Of a stretch of DNA of 64,000 nt, positions 1 to 8,791 are shown one piece after another. The first letter of the stretch is position 1; every line of letters starts with the position of its first letter. Source of the stretch: Candidatus Latescibacterota bacterium (GTDB lineage: Bacteria > Latescibacterota > UBA2968); assembly GCA_965198115.1 (NCBI GenBank), contig OZ240241.1, forward strand, positions 3,264,001-3,328,000, in the 5' to 3' direction. Below the pieces are notes generated by a model. The model was given only the letters and a program-made list of their open reading frames with translations, was not told the origin of the DNA and did no database searches. Made by a program: the position numbers and the translations under genes.

Positions 1-100
1 GTGGGTCCTCAGTGCCCGTCCTGAGTAGGCTGCGCTGCAGCCTTACCGAAGGAGCCTTTTTCTTCTCCGTCACACGCCACCAAGGCCTATCTTGGCACCA

Positions 101-1456
101 ATGAACCTGCGTGTTCTCTTCAGCCTTCTGAGTCTTCTCCTCATCGCCTGCGTTTCGGCGTTTGCGCCCCTCGATCTGACGCAAGACGATCGCATCCTCG
201 TCGCCGTTGCCCTCACCGCCGCGATGCTGTGGACGCTCGAACCGGTCCCGATCGAGTGGACCGCGCTCGCGCTGTTGTTCGCCCTGCCCGCGCTCGGGCT
301 CGTGACCTTTGAACAGGCCTTCGCCTCTTTCGGGGGAAAGGCGATGTGGCTCGTCATCGCCGGAATGGTCCTCAGCTCGCTGATCACCGAAACCCAGCTC
401 GCGGGCCGACTGTCCAGATGGATTGCCGGACGCGCTGGCCACGCTGGCTTCATCCTCGTCCTGCACGTCATCGGTCTGATCCTGGCCGTGCTCATCCCAT
501 CCGGCGTCGTGCGTGTGCTCATTATTATGCCTGTCATCGTCCGGTTGCTGGAGGATCTCGGCGAACGACCGGGTTCGAAAACGTCGGCCGCTATCGTCCT
601 CTCCATCGTGTGTGCGACTTACTACGGGGGAACCGGCGTCCTCACCGCTTCCGTTCCGAACCTCGTAGTGATGGGCGTGCTCGAATCGCGCGGCACGCTC
701 GTCTACTGGGCGAACTGGGCGCTCCATATGTTTCCCGTCATCGGGCTTCTCCGTGTCGCGATCGGGGCCGGATTCGTCTACTTGCTTTTTCGCCCACAAC
801 CGCTTGCGAAGCGCGCATCATCGCCCCCTCCTGAACCGATGGGGCACAGGGAGATCACCGGGCTCATCTTGCTCGGTCTGGCGATTGGATTCTGGTCCAC
901 CGATATCATCCACGGCATCCATCCGGCCCTCGTCGGTCTCGGCATTGCCGTTTGCTGTTTTCTCCCTCGCGTAGGCCCCCTACATATCAACGTCTTGCGA
1001 AAGATCAATTTCCCCATCGTCGTCTACATCGGAAGCGTATTCGCCATTGGTGAGGCGATGGAAGTCGTCGGCACGAGCGGTCGCATGGCAAGCGCCTTGG
1101 CCCGAGCCATCGACCTTACAGGATCGGCGGGCGAGCAGCTGTCGGCCATCACGTGGGCAGTCGCTCCCTTCAATTTCCTCGTCGACACCGCAGTCGTCGC
1201 CGGCGTCCTGACCCCCGCCCTGCTCGACCTCGGCGTCGGAGCGGGGCTTACGACGACCCAGGTCGGACTCGCCGTGGCCGTCGGCACCGGACTCGTCTTC
1301 ATCCCCTACCAGGGTGCCCCGTTCATCCTCGCCTACAGCTTTCAATACGTCAGAATGAGCCAGTTCATCGCCTTGATGGCCCTGATCTGTCTCGTCCATC
1401 TCCTTCTGCTCGTCCCGCTCAACCTGGTTTACTGGCGGTGGCTCGGTCTGTTCTGA
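101..1456 (+). CDS. SLC13/DASS family anion (sulfate/dicarboxylate):sodium symporter
   Basis: ~450 aa, about 12 hydrophobic segments; LW-LEPVP, IPSGVVR and GGTGVLTASVPN motifs. ATG at 101 preferred to TTG at 92. Confidence 0.85.
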   Translation: MNLRVLFSLLSLLLIACVSAFAPLDLTQDDRILVAVALTAAMLWTLEPVPIEWTALALLFALPALGLVTFEQAFASFGGKAMWLVIAGMVLSSLITETQLAGRLSRWIAGRAGHAGFILVLHVIGLILAVLIPSGVVRVLIIMPVIVRLLEDLGERPGSKTSAAIVLSIVCATYYGGTGVLTASVPNLVVMGVLESRGTLVYWANWALHMFPVIGLLRVAIGAGFVYLLFRPQPLAKRASSPPPEPMGHREITGLILLGLAIGFWSTDIIHGIHPALVGLGIAVCCFLPRVGPLHINVLRKINFPIVVYIGSVFAIGEAMEVVGTSGRMASALARAIDLTGSAGEQLSAITWAVAPFNFLVDTAVVAGVLTPALLDLGVGAGLTTTQVGLAVAVGTGLVFIPYQGAPFILAYSFQYVRMSQFIALMALICLVHLLLLVPLNLVYWRWLGLF

Positions 1457-1463
1457 CCGATCC

Positions 1464-1492
1464 TTGACAGGCAGAAGTCGCACGGGTACTAT
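1464..1492 (+). promoter_or_regulatory. sigma70-type promoter
   Basis: TTGACA-N17-TACTAT upstream of ATG 1531. Confidence 0.65.
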
Positions 1493-1530
1493 CTCCTCAG
1501 TCCATCATCGTACCCATCGGAGACAATTCA

Positions 1531-3147
1531 ATGTCACGACAGAATGTCAATGGCGAGCAGGCGCTCGCGTGGGGGGCCGTCGAGGCGGGTGTGTCCGTCG
1601 TATCGGGCTATCCCGGATCGCCCGGCACGAACACATTCAACGCCCTCCAGGAGATGAGCAAGGATCACGGCCATCATACCGAGTGGTGCCTGAACGAAAA
1701 GATTGCCCTCGACATCGGGGTCGGCTCATCCCAGGGCGGAAAACGCGCCCTCGTGTGCTTGAAAAGCGTCGGGATGAACGTCGCCCTCGACACCCTGATG
1801 GTGGTCAATATGACCGGCGCCCACGCAGGGCTCGTCGTCCTGATGGGCGACGACCCGGGCGCCTGGGGGTCGCAGAACGAGCAGGACACGCGCCCCCTCG
1901 CACCGTTCGCCGAGATTCCGATGGTCGAGCCCGCGAGCCCCGCCGAGGGCCGCGCGACGATGAAGTGGGCGTTCGATTACTCTGAAAAACATCGGACGAT
2001 CGTCATCGTCCGCATCACCCGGAGCTACAGCGTCCAGATCGAAGAAGTGGACGCCCTCGACGCGCCGAAAACCAAACCGTCCCTCGACCCCGCTCGCGAG
2101 CCGTGGCGATTCGTCTCCGCTCTGAAAACAGTCGATCGCAGCCACAGGCGACTTCATAAAAAGCTGGCCGCGATCCGATCCGAATTCGATTCGAGCGACC
2201 TCAACACCGTGTCGGGTTCGGGGGTGAAGGGCATCATCACGACCGGATTCGTCCACACCAAGTTCCTCGAAGCCGTCGAGGGCGCCGACCTCTCCGACGT
2301 CGCAGTCCTGAAGGTCGGCACCCTGTATCCACTGCCCGAAAAAACGATCGGTGACTTCCTCGTAGACCGTGATGAGGTCGTCGTGTTCGAAGAGGTCGAT
2401 CCCTACCTCGAGGACGCCATCAAAACCATCGGCTACGACGTTGGCGCGAAGGCGAAGATCCTCGGCAAGCGAACGGGCGACGTCAACTGGGTCGGCGAGT
2501 TGTTCCGCTGGCATATGCAGGAGACACTACGGTCGTTCGCCCCGGGATTTTCGCCAGCGAAGGAATTCACAGAAGAGAATTGGGAAGAGGAGAAACCGTT
2601 CAGGAAGGGCCACTGCTCGGGTTGCCCCTACGTCGAGATCATCAAGGCGTTCCGTGATGAAGCCGGGAAGCTCGGGCAGAACCCCTTCCTCGCGGGCGAC
2701 CCGGGATGTCTCGTCATCGCCGCCGAATACCTCGACACGAAGCTTTGTATGGGGTCCGCCCTCGGGGTAGCCTCTGGACTCAACTCGTCTGGTGTCAACG
2801 AAAGGACCGTGGCGGTCATCGGCGATTCGGCCTTCTACCACGGCGGACTGCCAGCGCTCGTTCAGGCCAAAGCCACGAACGCCAACACCCTCATCCTCAT
2901 CCTCGACAACGGGGGCGCGCTCACCACGGGCGGCCAGCCAACACCGGACGAGGGCATCGACCTGGGCGACAACACAGGCCCCCAAGTAGGCATCGACACC
3001 ATCGCCCGCGCCTGCAGAGTCGACCCCATCTGGGAAGTCGCGGAAACGGATTCCGACGAACGAATGCGGGAAGTCTTCCGCGAAGCCCTTCAGAACGACA
3101 CACTGAGTATGGTCATCCTGCGGAAGGCGTGTAAGCCGGTCGATTGA
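1531..3147 (+). CDS. iorA: Indolepyruvate:ferredoxin oxidoreductase alpha-subunit-like ThDP enzyme, lacking the C-terminal ferredoxin domain
   Basis: GYPGSPGT, NEKIA, KSVGMNVALD, GDDPG..SQNEQD, CSGCP and GDSAFYH..DN motifs. Confidence 0.8.
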   Translation: MSRQNVNGEQALAWGAVEAGVSVVSGYPGSPGTNTFNALQEMSKDHGHHTEWCLNEKIALDIGVGSSQGGKRALVCLKSVGMNVALDTLMVVNMTGAHAGLVVLMGDDPGAWGSQNEQDTRPLAPFAEIPMVEPASPAEGRATMKWAFDYSEKHRTIVIVRITRSYSVQIEEVDALDAPKTKPSLDPAREPWRFVSALKTVDRSHRRLHKKLAAIRSEFDSSDLNTVSGSGVKGIITTGFVHTKFLEAVEGADLSDVAVLKVGTLYPLPEKTIGDFLVDRDEVVVFEEVDPYLEDAIKTIGYDVGAKAKILGKRTGDVNWVGELFRWHMQETLRSFAPGFSPAKEFTEENWEEEKPFRKGHCSGCPYVEIIKAFRDEAGKLGQNPFLAGDPGCLVIAAEYLDTKLCMGSALGVASGLNSSGVNERTVAVIGDSAFYHGGLPALVQAKATNANTLILILDNGGALTTGGQPTPDEGIDLGDNTGPQVGIDTIARACRVDPIWEVAETDSDERMREVFREALQNDTLSMVILRKACKPVD

Positions 3148-3209
3148 CACGAGCGGGCGAAGGGGCGATAGGGCGTGGCATGGAAATGGTCAATATCAGG
3201 TTACGAGAG

Positions 3210-3240
3210 AAGCCCCCTTTGGGTATACCAGAGGGGGCTT
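3210..3240. terminator. Hairpin terminator between convergent genes
   Basis: AAGCCCCCTTTGG / CCAGAGGGGGCTT stem. Confidence 0.7.
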
Positions 3241-3320
3241 ACTTATTGTGATAGACCGAGCAGGGTCACTTCGAGTGGAGTCGAGAAGTCCTCCCCTCAA
3301 CCTCAGTTCTCTCAGTGTCC

Positions 3321-4634
3321 TCAGTGGCTGCCCTGTTTTTGGTAGTGTTCTCCCACCTTCCTGAACGCCTCGACGAATTGATCCACAACGCCATCCGCAG
3401 GATCTGTCAGCACAGGTAACGTCAGCATCCGCGCCAGCGCCTCGCGTGTTTGGGGGAACTCGTCAGGTTCGTACCCTTCGTAGCCTTCCCACAGCGGACC
3501 GCGTCCGTGGGTGTAAAGATCGAACCCGCGCGCGAACAACGGCATCATATGGTAGGGCTGATGGCCGCTCGGTCCGATGCGATCGGGCACGACGGCTCCC
3601 TCCTTGACATTCACGCCTTCGGCCTTCAGCGCCGCGCAATAGTCCGCCCGCGGCAATCCGCCCAGGTCCTCCGGCCAATAGCGTGCCTGCATTCCGCTGT
3701 ACCAGCCACCCGGCTCCGCTTTCGGGTAGACGTAGAGCGGATCGATCCCGGGAACGTCCTCGAGCCCCTGGTTCAGGGCTCTCGCGTAAGCGGAACGCTT
3801 TTCGTTCTGCTCTTGAACGCGCGTCAACTGCACTTTCGCGATCGCCAGTCCCAACGGATGCGCCCGAAAGTTCATCCCCAGCCCGAACGGTGCCAGCTGA
3901 GCGTGTCTAGAATCCTTCAGCTCATCCGCCAGACCCTCCCGACCCCCGTGCGCGAACAGGAGCACGCGCTCGTAGAGATAGCGATCCATCGTCGCCACCA
4001 TTCCAGCCTCGCCTCCACACACCGGCTTGCCGCTGCCCGGTACCCCCTGGAAGCTGAACGCCCCCATCGCACCGATCGTCCCGACGCACCTTCCGTCGAA
4101 CTTCGCACCGTGCGCGTGCGAACAATCCTCGACCACCGGGATGCCGTGGCGATCGGCCACATCCATAATCCCGGCCAGGTCGCAGATGTTGCCACCCCAG
4201 TGAACGGCCACGATCGCCTTCGTATGCTTCGTGATCCGTCGCTCGACATCTTCGGGGTCGATCAGGAACGTCTTCGGGTCGATCTCGGCGAACACGGGAC
4301 GCGCGCCCAGCTGATACGTCGGCGCCACCGAACAGATCCACGTAAAGTTCGGATGAATCACCTCGTCACCCGGCCCGACACCCAGCGCGAAATAGGCCGA
4401 CCACAGCGTCGACGTCCCGTTGTGCTGTGACACGGCGTAGTTCGCACCGATCATCTCGGCGAACGCACCCTCCACGTCGCGCGCCAGCTTCTGCCCCTCC
4501 GACCAGACCGCATTCGTCGCAACCGTCCGCTCGACCTCCGCCACCATCGCCGCCGTCATCCCCCCCCACCGATCCAGCTCGTCGATCGTCACAGCCTTGG
4601 GTCCACCCTGTGATGCCAGTTTCTCAGCCATCAT
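3321..4634 (-). CDS. DegT/DnrJ/EryC1/StrS family PLP-dependent aminotransferase
   Basis: NGTSTL, GVGPGDEVI, VEDCSHAHGA, FSFQ...K..GGEAG motifs. Confidence 0.92.
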   Translation of the reverse strand: MMAEKLASQGGPKAVTIDELDRWGGMTAAMVAEVERTVATNAVWSEGQKLARDVEGAFAEMIGANYAVSQHNGTSTLWSAYFALGVGPGDEVIHPNFTWICSVAPTYQLGARPVFAEIDPKTFLIDPEDVERRITKHTKAIVAVHWGGNICDLAGIMDVADRHGIPVVEDCSHAHGAKFDGRCVGTIGAMGAFSFQGVPGSGKPVCGGEAGMVATMDRYLYERVLLFAHGGREGLADELKDSRHAQLAPFGLGMNFRAHPLGLAIAKVQLTRVQEQNEKRSAYARALNQGLEDVPGIDPLYVYPKAEPGGWYSGMQARYWPEDLGGLPRADYCAALKAEGVNVKEGAVVPDRIGPSGHQPYHMMPLFARGFDLYTHGRGPLWEGYEGYEPDEFPQTREALARMLTLPVLTDPADGVVDQFVEAFRKVGEHYQKQGSH

Positions 4635-4665
4635 TCACTCCAGAAACTAAAGTCGAGTTCCGAGT

Positions 4666-6635
4666 TCAGAGGTATTGCAAGAAGACACAGGGGCGAAGCC
4701 GTCGCTCGTCTACCGTCCACTGTCTACCGTCCACGGGTTCGCGGCCGGGAGGCCGCTCCCACCAGTTTGTTTCCGTTCGTGTATTTCGTGTTTTTCGTGG
4801 CTCCTGTCTTGGAGTTTTGGTACCAGTTGGATGTTCAAACCCATCGACAGAGAGAAAGGCTGCCGAGAGTTTACGTGGATTCACCCGGTAATCCAAGACC
4901 ATCTCACCCCCCGGATGTAGATGAATCCGCTCGACACAGGCGTGGATGATGGCCTTGCGCATTCGAAACTGCTTAAGCTGATCCTCTGAGTAGCTTCTAT
5001 TCTTTACGAGAAAAGATGGAACCGTATCGTCGACATCGACTAGCGAGAGGATTCCATCGCCCGCAAACGTCAGCGCGTGGGCGAGACCATCCTTAAGTGC
5101 GTCGGCCCCCTCGCGCGCATCCAGCTTGGCAGTTATCTGATGAATCTCTTGATCCAGGTGCACGCCTTCTGCTTGGATCCTGTCCACTTGCTTTTGATAC
5201 CGGCTTCCCGTCAGCGTTCCAGATACGTACGCAAAATCCGCTCGCTCAACATGTCCTGCAAGACCGTCCCTCTTCTTTTTCAGACTTTCGAGTCGCTGCG
5301 CCATCGCTTCTCCGCCTTCTGAATCGAACTGTTCCTGCCAGATCGCCAGGATTTTCTCGGGCTTCATCAGCATCCGATGCACTTGTGCGGACACTCGCTG
5401 ATTCACGTCCGATATTTTTTGGCTGGGCGCGCTGCACCTCTTTCCGAACTGATCGAATCTGGCGTTGCAGTAGAGCCGGCCATCGATCAGGTTCGACCGT
5501 TGGCCATACATCCCCCGTCCACCCCCTCGGTATCCTCGGTCCTCTTCGTGACAGACTCCGCAACGAAGAAGCTTGCCAACAGATACTCGGTCGCGTCGGT
5601 GCGGGTGCCTTGCGACTTCTTGCCGTCCTTGGCCGCAGGCTGTGCCTTTTGCCAGGTGGCGTCGTCGATGATCCCGGGCACCGAGCAGGAGACCCATTCG
5701 GATCTGGGCTTCAGCCGTTGTTTTTTCCGACCCGTCAGCGGGTCCTGCTCATACGCGTATTTGCTGTAGTTGAAGACTCCCTTGTAGGTCTCCGAAGATA
5801 GCACGCCCCGCACGTGCTGCGGTCGCCACGGCACACCTTTATTGGTCAGGGTGCCTTGCGCATCGAGAGTCAGGGCGATCCGGTAGGTCGCCACACCTCG
5901 CAGACACATCTCAAACATACTGCGGACCACCTTGGCCTTCTCATCATCAACGACGAGCCGCGAACGCGAGCCCTGCTTGCCGCGAGCCGAGTCGCCTGTT
6001 AGCTCCAGCCGATAGCCGAAAGGGGTGCAACCGCCCGGCCAGTGACCATGTTCGGCTGCCGCAAGTTTGCCCTGGATCATCCGTCGGTGGCGCGTGTCAG
6101 AATCAGCTTCGACGATCGATAGCCTAATGGACGTCTCCAGCTTCTCCGGATCGAGCCAGCCCTCATTTATGGTGTAAATCAGCGCGTCCAATTCCAAAAG
6201 GACGGCCGTAAACTCGCCTCTCTGACGGGCCTTCTCGGCACTACCGGCTTTGAGCCTTATCAGACGATCAAGGAACGTCGACCGCAGCACCGACAACTTG
6301 CCGGCAGTTCGTAACTCCTTCGCCGTCTCCAGCAGAACACGCCCGGCTGGACGTTCCCAAAGCGGATACCGTTCTGCCGATACCCCAAGATCGAGCAAGA
6401 TGGTATGGGAGTCGTCCACGAACACCGTCTCGGCTGACTGCTGTTTGGCAGGCGTCCGCTTCCCGCCGTCGTAGACGACCAGGGAATCGAACCGGTGCAG
6501 GGGCCACTGGTTCTGTTCGGCGTCTTCGTTCAGCGCACGGATGTTGCCAAGATGCGTCTCGGCTGCTCGCTGCTCGGCGGACGAAGAACGGTGGTAGGAT
6601 AGGATGACTGCATTCTGTGGCAAGGTAGTCTGCAT
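4666..6635 (-). CDS. Large serine recombinase, one frameshift near 5575
   Basis: SYHRSS catalytic motif, DRL, PFGY, recombinase domain and GIIDDATWQKAQ; frameshift leads into zinc ribbon LLRCGVC...LYC...KRC and a coiled coil (ORFs 5487-6731 and 4666-5697). Confidence 0.8.
4708..4800. repeat. Short tandem repeats
   Basis: GTCTACCGTCCAC x2 (4708-4734); TTCGTG x3 with 9-bp period (4776-4800). Confidence 0.7.
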
Positions 6636-6652
6636 TCGGGCCTCCATCGGTA

Positions 6653-7291
6653 TCAGGGGGTTATCACTTTCGGCTGTAGCCAATTTGACTGATTCTTCGA
6701 CGTCTGTCTCGTGATTTCCTGGTGCATCCACAGGATTCCGGGCACAAACAGGTTCCTGTGCTGAATGGGGTCAATCCAGCCCATCCATTTCGGAAAGCTA
6801 CCATCCGACATGAGGGCAATACCATAGACAGCCACTGTAATTCCAAACAGGAGACCCAGGATACTTGCGAGGCCTATCTCAATCTGTCTCACTGCGAAAG
6901 TGGCAAGGAACAGCATTTCTTTGTCTGCTGTCGAAGCGGCTGCCCAACTGTCCACCATCTGTTTGAGCGCTATGCCATCAACGGCCTGTAGGGCTCCCGC
7001 TACTGATAGACTCGACCCAGCGCCAACGACGCCCAAGTAAGCCCAACTCGCGCCATCACCGTTAGACATCAGTCTCGACAGGAAAACCAGGGCGACCACG
7101 ATCAATATTATGCCGAACAGCTGCATCAAGTGGCTAGCTATCCAAGGGCGGTTGGCGGCATATTCCGTGAAGGCAGCCACCGGGTCGTTCGGATCAGCAT
7201 TCGATGGACGCAAGAAGGTTCCTACAAACAGGGTCAAGGCTCCGGCAACAGCAGCTACAGCACACATCTTATAGGTGTTGTGTTCAGACAT
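6653..7291 (-). CDS. Integral membrane protein (DUF4386-like), C-terminus possibly truncated
   Basis: About 5 TM helices; WIASHL, LQAVDGIALK and FPKWMGW motifs. Confidence 0.6.
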   Translation of the reverse strand: MSEHNTYKMCAVAAVAGALTLFVGTFLRPSNADPNDPVAAFTEYAANRPWIASHLMQLFGIILIVVALVFLSRLMSNGDGASWAYLGVVGAGSSLSVAGALQAVDGIALKQMVDSWAAASTADKEMLFLATFAVRQIEIGLASILGLLFGITVAVYGIALMSDGSFPKWMGWIDPIQHRNLFVPGILWMHQEITRQTSKNQSNWLQPKVITP

Positions 7292-7317
7292 TTACTTAGC
7301 TCCATGATTAATGGCAT

Positions 7318-7392
7318 TCACTGGCTCGCGTTGACGGTCACGCTGCCGGTGTCGGTGAACTTGCTGGCGTTGCTGAGGAGGTTGATCACCTT
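7318..7392 (-). pseudogene. Histidine kinase HATPase N-box fragment
   Basis: Translates to KVINLLSNASKFTDTGSVTVNASQ*. Confidence 0.7.
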
Positions 7393-7449
7393 GGCGCTTT
7401 GTCGGTGAGCCTGGCCGATACATCCTGCTTCTGTTTCAGGCCTCCCGTA

Positions 7450-8778
7450 TCAAAGAGGCCCGAACGCTGCCGCAAAGATGAGGAAATCCGGGAAGGAAAC
7501 CACTGAATCGCTGTTGAGATCGAACTTCGTGTTGAACACGTCACTATCCGAATCTGATCCGAAAGCACCTGCGAATTCCAGGAAGTCAGCGAAGTCTACC
7601 CTCCCATCCCCGTTGAAGTCGGAAGTGGGCATTGCTGAATCGTCTAGTTCCTGGAGCCATCAACGAATCTGATGCGATGGTTCTCACGATCGGCTATGTA
7701 GAGCCCGGAGGTGTGCGCGAACACGCTTCTTGGAAAGTTTAGTGCCGTTTCGGTCGGCGGCACGCCATCTCCGGAAAACCCGCGTTCTCCATTGCCGACG
7801 ACGGTCGTCAATGTACCTCCAGGCGAGACTCGCCTGATTCGGTTATTTTCACGATCGGCAATGTAAATGGTCCCGTCCGCCTGGACTGAGATTCCTCGTA
7901 CACGAGTCGTGCTCCCGTCGGTGGCCGGGCCGCCATCGCCGAGAAAGCCGGACATGCCGTTCCCGGCAACCGTCGAAATCACGCCATCCAATCCGACCGC
8001 ACGGATCCTCAGGTTCTGTCGATCCGAGACGTAGAGCACGCCCGTCGAATCGAACCCTACGCCGACCGGCCCGTTCAGGGTGGCCTCGGTCGCCGGGGCG
8101 CCATCCCCGGAAAACGAAGCCTGACCGGTTCCCACGACCGTCGTTATCGTCCCATCTGCAGCAATGCGTCGTACGCGATGGTTGTTCGTGTCGGCGACGA
8201 AGATATTGCCGTTCGCGTCGACGGTCACACCGTGGGGTCGGTTCAGGGTAGCCTCTGTCGAGGATCCCCCGTCACCCGAAAAAATCGTCACTGCCCGTAC
8301 CGGCCACGGTGACGATCGTGCCGTCCAAAGCAATCCTTCTGAGCCGGTGGTTCCGCGTGTCGCAGACCAGAATTTCACCGGACAACATCACGAAGATCCC
8401 GTGGGGCGTGTTCAAAGATGCTTCAGTGGCAGGACCGCCCTCTCCTCCAAATCCAGCCGTGCCGTTTCCCGCGACGGTTGTGATCGTGCCCGCTCCATCG
8501 ACGACGCGGATTCGATGATTGCTTGTATCCGCGATGTAGATCGCGCCCGCTGAATCGACAAAGACGGCAGACGGTCGGTTCAGGGCCGCTTGCATTGCCG
8601 GGCCTCCGTCACCGTTGAAACCCCCCTCCCCGTTTCCTGCGATCGTCGTAATCACTGAGGCGTGTGAGGTCGCAACGAGGACGTTCACAGTCACCCACCA
8701 CAATGCCAGCACGTTCACCCCCAAGCGAAAGCAGCCGGAGCCATTCAGCGGCCCCGGCTGTTTCAGCTTTGACATCAA
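7450..8778 (-). CDS. Secreted NHL-repeat beta-propeller with C-terminal dockerin-like EF-hand pair (frameshifts near 8280 and 7650)
   Basis: About 6 repeats of ITTVAGNG..GF.GDGGPAT.A.LN.P..V.VD..G.IYIAD..NHRIR; tail DFNGDGRVDFADFLEFAGAFG / DLNSDSVVSFPDFLIFAAAFG. Confidence 0.85.
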
Positions 8779-8791
8779 TCAACCGTTTCGG

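Noticed and set aside
1-62. Two small hairpins followed by a T-run, considered as a riboswitch or ncRNA
   Set aside because: No match to a family I recognise; cut by the window edge; could be a gene end plus terminator
3176-3190. TGGCATGGAAATGGT as a sigma54 promoter
   Set aside because: Lacks the -12 GC and points at a terminator
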